IMG/VR virus record: IMGVR_UViG_3300045988_176838
Coordinates: 1 to 32,577 of that record
Length of the DNA: 32,577 nt
Origin: a virus
Direction: 5' to 3' (one strand)
A model generated the notes under the pieces. It was given only the letters and a program-made list of their open reading frames with translations. It had not been told where the DNA came from and searched no databases. A program made the position numbers and the translations under genes. How positions within the stretch are numbered: position 1 is the first letter of the stretch; each line of letters begins with the position of its first letter. Positions 23,669-32,577 of the stretch are shown here, in pieces.

Positions 23669-24025
23669 ATGAGAAACCAAGAAGACTTAGCTAGAGAAAT
23701 AGTAAAAGCTCTAGAAGAAGAATTCGAAGACAAGCATTTAGCACATAACTTAATAGATACATTAGTTATAGAACGGCTGAATAAAAATACTTGCGTTATA
23801 AAAATCTCAGCTCCAATATATGATCAACAAAAGTTTGTAGATGAAGGTATTATACAATATACTGGAGAAGGTAGCTATGCTGATAATCTAAATCGCGGTG
23901 GTTCTTGGGTATTAGGAAAATATATTGGAAATCATATTGGTTATGTTGAACAAGCTATACTTAAAGGCATAAGAAATTGGCAAAAAAGCAAGAACGACAA
24001 ATTTATAGAGGTCGAGGTGAATTAG
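23669..24025 (+). CDS. Hypothetical 118-aa structural protein.
   Basis: ORF. Confidence 0.45.
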   Translation: MRNQEDLAREIVKALEEEFEDKHLAHNLIDTLVIERLNKNTCVIKISAPIYDQQKFVDEGIIQYTGEGSYADNLNRGGSWVLGKYIGNHIGYVEQAILKGIRNWQKSKNDKFIEVEVN

Positions 24026-24789
24026 TGAAAAATATTAACTATGAAGAAATAGAAGATTTGCTCAGAGAACAAATAGGAAAAATAATGCTTGATTATAAAG
24101 ACTATTCTTTTGTGTTGACTACTGAACGTCAATTTAACGGAATGGAACGCACAAAGAATACGCTTTATTTTATCGTTAAGTTTTTGCCTGCAACTATAGA
24201 TTTTGGACAAATTACATTGCCTTTTCTTATTAATGCAGTAAGTGAGCAAAATAAGTTTGATGTCTGCAGACAAGTTATGACCACATTGGCTGAGGAATAT
24301 AACTTAAAATACAATGAAGAAAATACTATTTTGCAAGCATACACAACACCGAATGTAAATGAAAGTTTTGGTGAGATATATAATGGCTTTAGAGCTGTTT
24401 TGTCTATGTCTGGAACTATGCTTATTTCTCAGCAAACAAACCCCTTTACTTGTGTTTATGAAAATGAAAATTTGCCGACTATAACAAGTAATTTTTCTTT
24501 CTCTAACGATTTAGATCCTAGAGGAATATTCAACAATGGAAATATGACTAAATCGGAAGCAAAAGTCGGAACAAGAATGCTGAATATTTCTTTGTATTTA
24601 ACCGATAGTGATTTGATCAATAAATGCTTACAAATTGTTAATAAGGAAATAAGCAACAACACTATATTTCCTATAACTATTAATTTTAAGAATGGAAAAA
24701 CAATTAGCACAAATATGAAACTATACAGCATAGATATGTCAAAAGAAATAGCCGCAATGCCTTTGTGTGTAATTGTATTTACGGAGTAA
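24025..24789 (+). CDS. Hypothetical 254-aa structural protein, a tail tube/tubular candidate. The likely start is the GTG at 24025 overlapping the preceding TAG.
   Basis: GAGGTG lies upstream. The track ORF 23977..24789 overlaps the previous gene by 49 nt. Confidence 0.45.
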   Translation: MKNINYEEIEDLLREQIGKIMLDYKDYSFVLTTERQFNGMERTKNTLYFIVKFLPATIDFGQITLPFLINAVSEQNKFDVCRQVMTTLAEEYNLKYNEENTILQAYTTPNVNESFGEIYNGFRAVLSMSGTMLISQQTNPFTCVYENENLPTITSNFSFSNDLDPRGIFNNGNMTKSEAKVGTRMLNISLYLTDSDLINKCLQIVNKEISNNTIFPITINFKNGKTISTNMKLYSIDMSKEIAAMPLCVIVFTE

Positions 24790-24793
24790 TACT

Positions 24794-25285
24794 ATGAGTG
24801 TATCGGAAGTCCACATAACCATTAGCGATAAAAGCGGAAGAAACAGTGCAGTATCAACTAGAAAAACAGCAAAGCCTGAAATAGCCGAAGAAACTAAGGA
24901 AGATGGTCTTTCTCAGTCCGCTAGAACTGCTCTGCTTATTTATGCTGGAAATAAAGCTAAAAAGGCGTTAACAAATGTAGTAGAGCGAGAATTTGCACAT
25001 AGTCTTTCGCTAAAAGAAGACTATATGGGTGAAAACATTTATAGAAACACTGTCACTACGCTTTCTAAGTTCGCTAGCCTTGGCGGAGCTATTGTAGCTG
25101 GAGCGAATATTGGCGGACCTGTAGGAGTGGCAATAGGTGCAGGAGCTTGGACTATTAATGAAGTAGTTTCTTACAATTCTAGAATGTCGGAATATTACCA
25201 AAGAATAAACGCCGCTAATATAGAAACTTCTTTTCAAAGAACAAGAGCTGGTCTTACGGACGGAAGTCGAGGAACGGAGAATTGA
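24794..25285 (+). CDS. Hypothetical 163-aa protein with a Gly/Ala-rich hydrophobic segment (GGAIVAGANIGGPVGVAIGAGAW).
   Basis: ATG at 24794 after ACGGAG. Confidence 0.4.
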   Translation: MSVSEVHITISDKSGRNSAVSTRKTAKPEIAEETKEDGLSQSARTALLIYAGNKAKKALTNVVEREFAHSLSLKEDYMGENIYRNTVTTLSKFASLGGAIVAGANIGGPVGVAIGAGAWTINEVVSYNSRMSEYYQRINAANIETSFQRTRAGLTDGSRGTEN

Positions 25286-25286
25286 T

Positions 25287-28200
25287 ATGAATTTAAAATG
25301 CAAAATAAATGGAAAAGAATATCAAATAGAACAGGGCATACCTTTTGCTGAAGAATTTAACGAAAAATTAGATAGTATGGCTATCTTAATTCCTCACGTA
25401 AAGAAAATAGATATGCAGCCCTTTGATGATGTATTTATTTATGATGGCGAATTTAATGGCTATTCTACTGAAGATACAATTAGTGTCAAAGTTATTTATA
25501 ACAATTTAACCGGTAGAAGAAGAGTTAATATTTCTTATAGTGCTAAGACTATCTTTGAAGAGCAAACTATCACTGCACAAGATATACAAGCTAGAATACG
25601 CACAAATTCTAGCGATATTTATGTTAAATATAATTTAACAAAGCGAAATAATACTTTTTACTTAACTCCTAAAGATAGTCAATATGATGAAATAGAACTG
25701 CAAGATGATGGCTTATTTTTATATTTCACATATACAACTAATGAAGTTATTTTGCTTACTAAATTTATTTTAGAATATTCACAAAGTACGATTTCACTTC
25801 CAGACTTTTATAGACATTACCTTGTAGATCAATATGTTGAAGAATTAGTAAATATTGATGAGCAAACATACAATTACAAAATAGAATTATTTAGTGAAAT
25901 AAAAGCATTAGAACGCATACAGTTACCAAACTTCTCAATTACACAAGCTAGAGATATTGCTAAGAAGAAATCGGTTTGGGAATATTTGAATATGCTTGTA
26001 GAGCAATATTCACCACTAGAAAAAATAGCAACTGACCCAGAAGCTAAGACTTGGAAATATAGAAAGAAATATAAACTTTCTAGCAGTCTAAGAAAAATAT
26101 ACGAGAATGTATATTCACCTGATTTTACTTTGATTTCGCCTTCTTTAAGAGATGTTTTAACACAATTATTCTTAACTAAAGATAGAATTCCTTATGTGTA
26201 CAACAATGTTATTTATGGTTTAGATATTTCTTCTGGCACTGCACAATTTTATGATACTAAAGGTCAAATAATAACTATTGTCGGTAGTATGAGCAGCGAT
26301 AATTATTGTGACGGACTAAAGCGCACATATAATAGTGCTTTAACACAAGAAAACAGTGCTAGACTTGTAGAATATATAGGCTTTAGAAATAGAGATAACT
26401 CACTTATGACAATAGGCACAATGAGAGTAGAAACTAAATTTCCGATTTATAAAATTAACAAAATATATTTATGCTACTACAAAAAAGGAAATGTTGTTAA
26501 AGATGGAGCTTCTACTGGTCAAAAGGTTTTCTTATGCAAGCAAGATATAACTAAACTTATAAAGATTAACAATGAAAGAAACTTACTAGTTAAGGACTGG
26601 GACAACTTCACTACTACACCACCAACTAGCATAGATGAGATGGCTCAATATCGTTTGTGTACTTTAGGTTACGATATAGGAGCTAGAACTATTAGTGGTT
26701 GGGGAGAAAGCTATAAATATCAAACTGCCCCTTGGTTTTCTACTGAAAAAACCTATGTAGAAAATATTATTAACTTAGTTGATAGTTTTACACCTTATGG
26801 AATTTATGAATATGGTTATATAACTAAATTAGGCAATTTAGCTGATGGTGAAGAATTTTCTATCACTGGCGGTAATGTTGTAGATAATATTGTTAACCCA
26901 TTTAGCAATAATAGTCTTGCTATGAAATCATTTTTCTTCATTGTGGACTATCAAGCATTCTATAATGGAACTATCGTTCATTCTAAAGACAATGCTAGAG
27001 ATGATATTATTACTAATGATAGTACTAGCAATTCACTTATGCTTCTTGAACATGATGGAATGTTTGAAAAAGAAAAAGCTAACCGCTTTGGAAATCCAGC
27101 TATAGTTATTCAAGCTAGATATTCTAACTATAGCGATATTCAACCATTAGGCAGTGTGTATAAAGACAATATTATTATTTATCATCGAGAATATGCGATA
27201 TACGACAATTACATTGAATGTACTTATTTTGGGACTAAAAATTATGTTTTGAAGAACTATTATACAAGCGTATATGCAAAGATAAGACCATATAGCTTGC
27301 TTACTTATGATGAAAGCACAAGAAGAAGCGACAACAAAAAAGAGTTTATATTGCTTTCTAAAGACAAATCTTACTATGAAAAAGATATAACTTTCTTATT
27401 TAATAATTTCAATGGAGATAGCCCACTCGGAACTATAATGAGCTTCTTAAAGCCTAGCCCACAAGCTATAACTATTGATTACTTCGACTACAAAGACAAA
27501 ATTAATTATAGCTATTTTGTGCATAACAATAAATATTATGCTTCCGATATAAACGCTTTTGTTAGTGGCAATTCCTTGTGTTTCAATATCACAATGGAAG
27601 ATAACGTTTCTATGGGTGTATTCATTAAGACACCAGAACCAACTATAAATCCTATTGTTGCACCTACCGATGATGATTACACAGGAAGCGTGCAAAGTTG
27701 GACAATGTTAGTAGATGATCCCGAAATAGGATTTGCTGAAAATTATGGAATATATGTAGGGCATATAGACCAAAAAGAAGCATTCTTAGATGGAGTTTAT
27801 AACTATAGTGAATATCAAAAAGAGCAAATCGATGAAATATACAGTGATAGAATATTTGGACTTCCTACAATTACTGCGTTTAATGAATTGAATGTTACTA
27901 ATATCATCGGCAATGAATACAAAGTCAATAAAGATAATAAAGAAATGCTCGATATGACTTTTCAATTTGAGCCAATTACAGAAAACAACGATATTTTATT
28001 CTCACCTTGGGTAATGAAGTTAAGCGATATGCTTTCTACTTATAACAAAGTAGCTGAAACATATATTACTACTGATGTTAGAGGCTATGATATAGAAGCT
28101 AATGTGATTTACTTTGACGCTAAAAGAGCTGGGGAAAATGGTCTTATAACAAATCGACCTGGAATAATCATAGAAATTAACGAAAGCGATTTATCTAAAC

Positions 28201-29138
28201 TAGAATTAGCACAAACACAATGCTTTATAGATTACCCAAAAAGTACTTTAAATGCGTTAGATGATGCCGCTGGTGGTTTTACTAATTATTTCTCATATAA
28301 CATTAACAAAATCGTTATTGTTAGCAATTCGGAAATCGTTACTTCTGGTACAAGCGTTGTAAAAGTTAATAGACCATTCTGGAGTGGAGAAGATAGCTAC
28401 ACAAATGATGATATTCAATATATATTTAGAAAAGTTACGAAAATTGGAAACAATGCTCCAGCAACTGGAAAACTATGGTTTACTAACTTAAAAGTAGAAA
28501 ACGAGCAAGTTCAAGAATTAGAAATAGGTTCTGGAAATGCCCTGATTTACTACGATAGCAATGGAAATAGAAAATTAGCTGTTGGTTATGCTTTCTCTTG
28601 TGATAAGGAATTCTATATTAACCAAACTATTAACTCGAATACAGCTAACTATAGAAAAATGTACTTGAATTCGGCGCAAGAAACTAAGACTAAAACATAT
28701 AGAAAAAATATGTATCTAGTGTTATCACAAAATAAAATGAAGAAAACTCTTGTATATTCTGAATTTGCACAGCTAAATACTTCTACACTAGCAGTCGATA
28801 GTGTGTTTTCCCTAAAAGAGCATGAAAATGGTACTATTTCAATTCGTACTGATTTAGCACAAGTTCCTAGTAAAACTAAGTCAATTCAATATTGGTACTT
28901 CGACCAAGTTGACAACTGCTACAAGTTTGTATTTGGCGTAAACGCCGTTTCTAGCGATTTTGAGCGAGGTTATATAGATATTTATATGTCTTTGCTTTCT
29001 AAACGCGATACGAGGGTTTATGACACACTACACAACCTTATAGGAAGCAACTATAACTATGTTGCTACTGGTAGTGATAAAAGCTATGGCGAAAATCAAT
29101 ATTATAGTGATATAATTATTAATGAGGTGAACAAATAA
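25287..29138 (+). CDS. Large virion protein (1283 aa). It is β-rich and Asn/Tyr-rich, and is not a tape-measure protein. It is a candidate tail tube-B, nozzle or internal protein of a short-tailed architecture.
   Basis: Its size and its composition (many Y, N, F and W residues, with no heptad or helical low complexity). Position before the fibre. Confidence 0.5.
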   Translation: MNLKCKINGKEYQIEQGIPFAEEFNEKLDSMAILIPHVKKIDMQPFDDVFIYDGEFNGYSTEDTISVKVIYNNLTGRRRVNISYSAKTIFEEQTITAQDIQARIRTNSSDIYVKYNLTKRNNTFYLTPKDSQYDEIELQDDGLFLYFTYTTNEVILLTKFILEYSQSTISLPDFYRHYLVDQYVEELVNIDEQTYNYKIELFSEIKALERIQLPNFSITQARDIAKKKSVWEYLNMLVEQYSPLEKIATDPEAKTWKYRKKYKLSSSLRKIYENVYSPDFTLISPSLRDVLTQLFLTKDRIPYVYNNVIYGLDISSGTAQFYDTKGQIITIVGSMSSDNYCDGLKRTYNSALTQENSARLVEYIGFRNRDNSLMTIGTMRVETKFPIYKINKIYLCYYKKGNVVKDGASTGQKVFLCKQDITKLIKINNERNLLVKDWDNFTTTPPTSIDEMAQYRLCTLGYDIGARTISGWGESYKYQTAPWFSTEKTYVENIINLVDSFTPYGIYEYGYITKLGNLADGEEFSITGGNVVDNIVNPFSNNSLAMKSFFFIVDYQAFYNGTIVHSKDNARDDIITNDSTSNSLMLLEHDGMFEKEKANRFGNPAIVIQARYSNYSDIQPLGSVYKDNIIIYHREYAIYDNYIECTYFGTKNYVLKNYYTSVYAKIRPYSLLTYDESTRRSDNKKEFILLSKDKSYYEKDITFLFNNFNGDSPLGTIMSFLKPSPQAITIDYFDYKDKINYSYFVHNNKYYASDINAFVSGNSLCFNITMEDNVSMGVFIKTPEPTINPIVAPTDDDYTGSVQSWTMLVDDPEIGFAENYGIYVGHIDQKEAFLDGVYNYSEYQKEQIDEIYSDRIFGLPTITAFNELNVTNIIGNEYKVNKDNKEMLDMTFQFEPITENNDILFSPWVMKLSDMLSTYNKVAETYITTDVRGYDIEANVIYFDAKRAGENGLITNRPGIIIEINESDLSKLELAQTQCFIDYPKSTLNALDDAAGGFTNYFSYNINKIVIVSNSEIVTSGTSVVKVNRPFWSGEDSYTNDDIQYIFRKVTKIGNNAPATGKLWFTNLKVENEQVQELEIGSGNALIYYDSNGNRKLAVGYAFSCDKEFYINQTINSNTANYRKMYLNSAQETKTKTYRKNMYLVLSQNKMKKTLVYSEFAQLNTSTLAVDSVFSLKEHENGTISIRTDLAQVPSKTKSIQYWYFDQVDNCYKFVFGVNAVSSDFERGYIDIYMSLLSKRDTRVYDTLHNLIGSNYNYVATGSDKSYGENQYYSDIIINEVNK

Positions 29139-29374
29139 TGAAAAAAATTGTTATTTCTGTTGAAGACAACTATAAGCCGAGAAATGGTGATGTAATTGTC
29201 TACAACAATGATAAAGCATTCTTTGAAGTTATCAGCAAGGAAGAATTCCTAGCTAGTATCAAAAAAGAACTTAAAAACATAAATATTAGAATTGACAATG
29301 TTAATGAAAAAGCCGACAAAAACATTGAAAATATAGGCAATTTAGCCAAAATCATAAAGGGGAATATAAAATGA
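29138..29374 (+). CDS. Hypothetical 78-aa protein.
   Basis: ORF. Its ATG overlaps the upstream stop (TAATG). Confidence 0.4.
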   Translation: MKKIVISVEDNYKPRNGDVIVYNNDKAFFEVISKEEFLASIKKELKNINIRIDNVNEKADKNIENIGNLAKIIKGNIK

Positions 29375-29997
29375 TAGCATTATTATTACTTACTTCCGCT
29401 GTTAGTACACCAATAAGCACACCTGTTACTAGTACAAGTCAGCCAACTTCTATAACTAGTATTGATACTTCCACTTCTAGCTCTAGTTCCATCGAGATTA
29501 TAGAGCCTGAAGAATTTGACTTTGGGGCTTGGCTTTCTGAGTATTTCACACCAGAAATTGTAACTGTTATAGTTTCTGTGTGTACTGCCTTAGGAGCTGT
29601 TATAAAAATGGCTAGTTCGCTTAGAGAATTAGCCAAGAAGCATGCTGTTACTTCTGAAGAAATATGCGAACAGGTCAAGAAAGTTCTTAAAAACGGAATT
29701 GACGATAATACACAAAAAGCTATAAACGATTTGATTTTACCATTAAATGATAGCGTTAATGAAATTAAACCTTACTTAGAAACATTCGCAAAAATCTTAG
29801 CTTTAGCACAGGAAAATACACCTGAAAGCCGTTTAGCTATTTTGGAACTTATACAAAAAATGGGGCAAACTGATCAAGAAACAATAGATCACGCTAAAGA
29901 AGAAGTAAAAAATCAAGTTATAGCGGAAGAAACTAAGAAAGAAGAAGCTATCGCAAAATTAGAAGATATGTCTTCTAACATAAAGCCTGTAGAATAA
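29371..29997 (+). CDS. Hypothetical protein with an N-terminal Ser/Thr-rich low-complexity tract and one TM segment.
   Basis: STPISTPVTSTSQPTSITSIDTSTSSSSS, then IVTVIVSVCTALGAVI. Confidence 0.45.
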   Translation: MIALLLLTSAVSTPISTPVTSTSQPTSITSIDTSTSSSSSIEIIEPEEFDFGAWLSEYFTPEIVTVIVSVCTALGAVIKMASSLRELAKKHAVTSEEICEQVKKVLKNGIDDNTQKAINDLILPLNDSVNEIKPYLETFAKILALAQENTPESRLAILELIQKMGQTDQETIDHAKEEVKNQVIAEETKKEEAIAKLEDMSSNIKPVE

Positions 29998-29998
29998 T

Positions 29999-30199
29999 AT
30001 GAACAAGAGCAAGAAAATAACTATTTTTCTATCTTGTGTATTTCTAGTCGTTGCCTTAGGTTTATTCCTTTGGGGCGGTTATATGCAAGGTTGGGACATA
30101 AAAGGGTGGTTCACTACACCTCAAGCATACTTGATTTATGCTTTAGTTGTTGTTTTTGCTCTTGCTATAGGCTTTTTTATAGTAAATAGTAGGAACTAA
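29999..30199 (+). CDS. Small two-TM membrane protein, holin-like.
   Basis: It is 66 aa with two hydrophobic helices and a charged C-terminus. Confidence 0.4.
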   Translation: MNKSKKITIFLSCVFLVVALGLFLWGGYMQGWDIKGWFTTPQAYLIYALVVVFALAIGFFIVNSRN

Positions 30200-30202
30200 G
30201 TA

Positions 30203-31180
30203 ATGAAAAAACTAAATAGAAAAACTTTTCTTACAGGAATTAGTGTACTTTTTGCAATTATCATCATTATTATTACTTCCGTTCTAAATGCTGGACTTAA
30301 CCCAGATAATTGGAATAGTACTGAATTTCTTAGTAATTTGATAATCACAATAGCAATAGGTATATTCGGCGTTATATCAGGTCAAGGAATGGGCGATAAT
30401 TACTTTAGAACTAATGAAAAAGGCTTATTCGTAAGTACTTATAATTCCTATAATACTATGAGAACTAAAATAAATGTTCACATAGATAAATTCGAGGACT
30501 GGAACAAGCGATTATATGCTAAAGAGTACTATCAAAAATGCGTAAGATATTTAAAAAATAACTATGGAATAAAGCAAGCGGAACTAATCTTAGAACTAGA
30601 TAAGAACCAAGTACTTTTGCTAGAACAGCCTAGATTTTTTGAAACATCTAAAGGAAAAACTGCTTTTAATTCATTGACTAAAGAACAAATAAAAGCTGCA
30701 AGAAAAGTACTTACTGGTAAAATCAAAATGAAGTACGTTCACGATAGCTATTTCTTAAACGCTTATTCTAAAAATAAGACACAATCTATGTATGAGATAG
30801 CTAGTGAGCAGTCTAAGAAACAAAGACAAAAATATTTAAGTCTTATGTTTTATAGAGTTATGTTTATTATCGTATTTGGCTTTATTATGTCAGGTCTTGT
30901 AATTGATACTCAAGATCCAGGAGGATTTAACCAAGCAATGATAAATCTTATTTCAAGGTTATTTACGTTATTTACTTCCCTTGCGTTTGGAACGCTTGTA
31001 GCAAGCGATTTAATAAAAGACGAATGTATTTACCTAGACTATAAAACAACAACGCTAGAGCGCTTCTTGATAGATGTAGAGACAAATAAATTCACTACTA
31101 AATCAGAAGAAGAAAAAGCAATAGAAAAAATGGAGGTAATAAAAAATGGACAAAAATCAAAAGATAATATTCTATGTTAG
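30203..31180 (+). CDS. Polytopic membrane protein (325 aa).
   Basis: It has several hydrophobic helices at the N- and C-terminal ends. Confidence 0.45.
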   Translation: MKKLNRKTFLTGISVLFAIIIIIITSVLNAGLNPDNWNSTEFLSNLIITIAIGIFGVISGQGMGDNYFRTNEKGLFVSTYNSYNTMRTKINVHIDKFEDWNKRLYAKEYYQKCVRYLKNNYGIKQAELILELDKNQVLLLEQPRFFETSKGKTAFNSLTKEQIKAARKVLTGKIKMKYVHDSYFLNAYSKNKTQSMYEIASEQSKKQRQKYLSLMFYRVMFIIVFGFIMSGLVIDTQDPGGFNQAMINLISRLFTLFTSLAFGTLVASDLIKDECIYLDYKTTTLERFLIDVETNKFTTKSEEEKAIEKMEVIKNGQKSKDNILC

Positions 31181-31604
31181 ATTAGCTCTTTTTATATTAA
31201 TTGGCTGTGTTGCACCATTCGCTTTTATTGCTTGGCGCTTTGGCTTATTTACAAGCGCTACTAAAGCTTCTTTAAGCGGTTGGGGCATAGTTGGTATATT
31301 AATTATTTTCTTCTTCCTAAGATACGTTTATTCAATTCTTAGAAGCGGTATTCCTTATTCATTTATTACACAAATACTTGCGGGTGTATTTAAAATTATC
31401 GTTCCATTACTTTTGATGTACGTTGCATTAAATGTAATTGGAAGAAACATAGACCAATTTATGCAAGTAATTGTTTGTGTAATTCTTTGTGAGATAGTTG
31501 CAATACCTATTAACCCGCTTCCTAAATATATGCACGATAATAATATCGAAAAAGTAGAAAGCCTTATGGACACTTTTTGGAAGAAAAGAAAGGAGCACGA
31601 ATAA
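31146..31604 (+). CDS. Membrane protein with four TM helices (152 aa).
   Basis: Hydrophobicity pattern. Confidence 0.45.
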   Translation: MDKNQKIIFYVRLALFILIGCVAPFAFIAWRFGLFTSATKASLSGWGIVGILIIFFFLRYVYSILRSGIPYSFITQILAGVFKIIVPLLLMYVALNVIGRNIDQFMQVIVCVILCEIVAIPINPLPKYMHDNNIEKVESLMDTFWKKRKEHE

Positions 31605-31607
31605 AAT

Positions 31608-32577
31608 ATGGCAATGTATGTATATTTTGATAAAAATGGCGTTTTGCAAGAAATAGTGCAAGATAAATCGGTTAGAGTCGGAGACTACAAAGCTAATAGA
31701 ATTTATATGTATTTTGACACTTCAGCTACTATTTCTGATGTGTGGTTTATAATGCAAAGCCCTGATGGCGTTTTATCTACTGAAGTTTCTATTAAAGATA
31801 ATCAAATAGATCTTTCTATTCCTTATCAAAAAAATAGAGATTTACACTTCTTCCAGGACTACCAAACATATCATTTTTATTACTATGATTTAGATAGCGT
31901 AGAAGTACAATATAGCGGTTTGGCGTATGCCACTGTCAGAGCCAATGTAGACAACTCTTTATATGCACAAGGGCTTATTACCTTTAACGTAGAAAGCAAC
32001 GTTATAAAGCTCGATAACGGCATTACACAAAGCCAATATGATTATTTGCTTGTTACTTATTCTAAGACTAAAGAGCTTACCGAAGAATTGCAAGCAAAAG
32101 TCAATGAATTAGAAGCTAATCTCAACGCTGAAATTGAACGTGCTACAAATGAGGAAACTACGCTCAATACAAAAATCAGCAATGAAATTACTAGAGCACA
32201 ACAAGTAGAAAGCTCTATTAATCAAGCTCTTAATACACATATTGATAATAAGGAAAACCCTCATAGCGTTACAAAAGAACAAATAGGCTTAGGCAACGTA
32301 GATAATACAAGCGACTTAGACAAGCCTATGTCTACAGCAACTAAAGACTATATAGATACAAAAGTAAGCGGAGCTATGGTATATCGTGGCTCAGTACAAA
32401 AGTTTAGCGATTTGCCTACTGACGCACAAAATGGCGATGTTTATAATGTAGTAAAAGCTTACTTAGCTTACCCACCTAATACAAACTATGCTTGGAACGG
32501 CACGAGTTGGGACCCTTTAGGAGGAAGTTTAGCTGATGTTTACGCTAAGTTGAACGAAAAAGTTGATTTAACCACAA
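31608..32577 (+). CDS. Tail fibre / receptor-binding protein, N-terminal 323 codons. The gene wraps across the window end and continues in frame at nt 1..1509, giving 808 aa in the circular genome.
   Basis: ATG at 31608 preceded by GGAGCACGAATAAAAT. My own translation runs open to the window end (…GGSLADVYAKLNEKVDLTT), identical to the translation from nt 1. It contains a coiled-coil segment and the motif NPHSVTKEQIGLGNVDNTSD that is common in phage fibre proteins. It is absent from the ORF track because no stop falls inside the window. Confidence 0.75.
   Translation, partial: MAMYVYFDKNGVLQEIVQDKSVRVGDYKANRIYMYFDTSATISDVWFIMQSPDGVLSTEVSIKDNQIDLSIPYQKNRDLHFFQDYQTYHFYYYDLDSVEVQYSGLAYATVRANVDNSLYAQGLITFNVESNVIKLDNGITQSQYDYLLVTYSKTKELTEELQAKVNELEANLNAEIERATNEETTLNTKISNEITRAQQVESSINQALNTHIDNKENPHSVTKEQIGLGNVDNTSDLDKPMSTATKDYIDTKVSGAMVYRGSVQKFSDLPTDAQNGDVYNVVKAYLAYPPNTNYAWNGTSWDPLGGSLADVYAKLNEKVDLTT
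32523..32577. repeat. Second copy of the 55-nt terminal overlap.
   Basis: Identical to 1..55. Confidence 0.9.

Noticed and set aside
25287-29138. 1283-aa protein as a tape-measure protein
   Set aside because: Its composition is β-rich and aromatic/Asn-rich, not the helical Ala/Gly/Lys-rich low complexity of tape-measure proteins.
1-32577. CRISPR arrays, tRNA genes and an integrase / attP
   Set aside because: I saw no regularly spaced direct repeats and no cloverleaf-compatible stretches. No tyrosine or serine recombinase motifs appear in any long ORF.

Overview
The window is a complete, circularly permuted genome of a low-GC (about 30-35% GC) tailed phage of roughly 32,522 bp. The first 55 nt are repeated at 32523..32577, and an 808-aa tail-fibre gene runs in frame across that junction. 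The layout is two opposed transcription blocks. A rightward late/structural block (16332 through the wrap to 2215) encodes terS, PBSX-like terL, portal, a MuF-like minor head protein, scaffold, major capsid protein, several small connector/tail proteins, a 1283-aa virion protein, membrane proteins and the tail fibre. A leftward early block (15790 down to 2572) encodes a Cro-like HTH regulator, a Sak4-like ATPase, a PD-(D/E)XK exonuclease, an SSB with a DDDLPF tail, a primase-polymerase fused to an SF3 helicase, a VRR-NUC-like nuclease, an SF2 DExH helicase, many small accessory ORFs and an RNA-ligase-like enzyme. The two blocks converge on a bidirectional terminator at about 2554..2584. They diverge from a 540-bp AT-rich control region (15791..16331). 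The most notable structures are listed below. (1) A mini-intein splits helicase motif II (DE|CHH) and carries a free-standing DUF559/Vsr-like endonuclease gene in a different reading frame, with its own Shine-Dalgarno sequence. The end of that gene is dual-coded with the intein C-terminal blocks. (2) A decayed methyltransferase locus holds a C5-MTase with a degenerate motif I, a G7 frameshift and a deleted target-recognition domain, next to a truncated N6-adenine MTase fragment, on a GC-richer segment dotted with G7/C7 tracts. (3) Two direct copies of an 85-bp element, each with two pairs of the palindrome ATGTACAT, sit 13,500 bp apart at the two strand-switch junctions. (4) A cluster of TGCGCA palindromes overlies a near-consensus promoter upstream of terS. 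(5) A G8 tract at the 3' end of the tail-fibre gene would, with one extra G, fuse the fibre to the downstream 87-aa ORF. I found no integrase, CI-type repressor, tRNA, CRISPR array, obvious endolysin or tape-measure protein. All assignments come from reading motifs by eye, and none was checked against a database.
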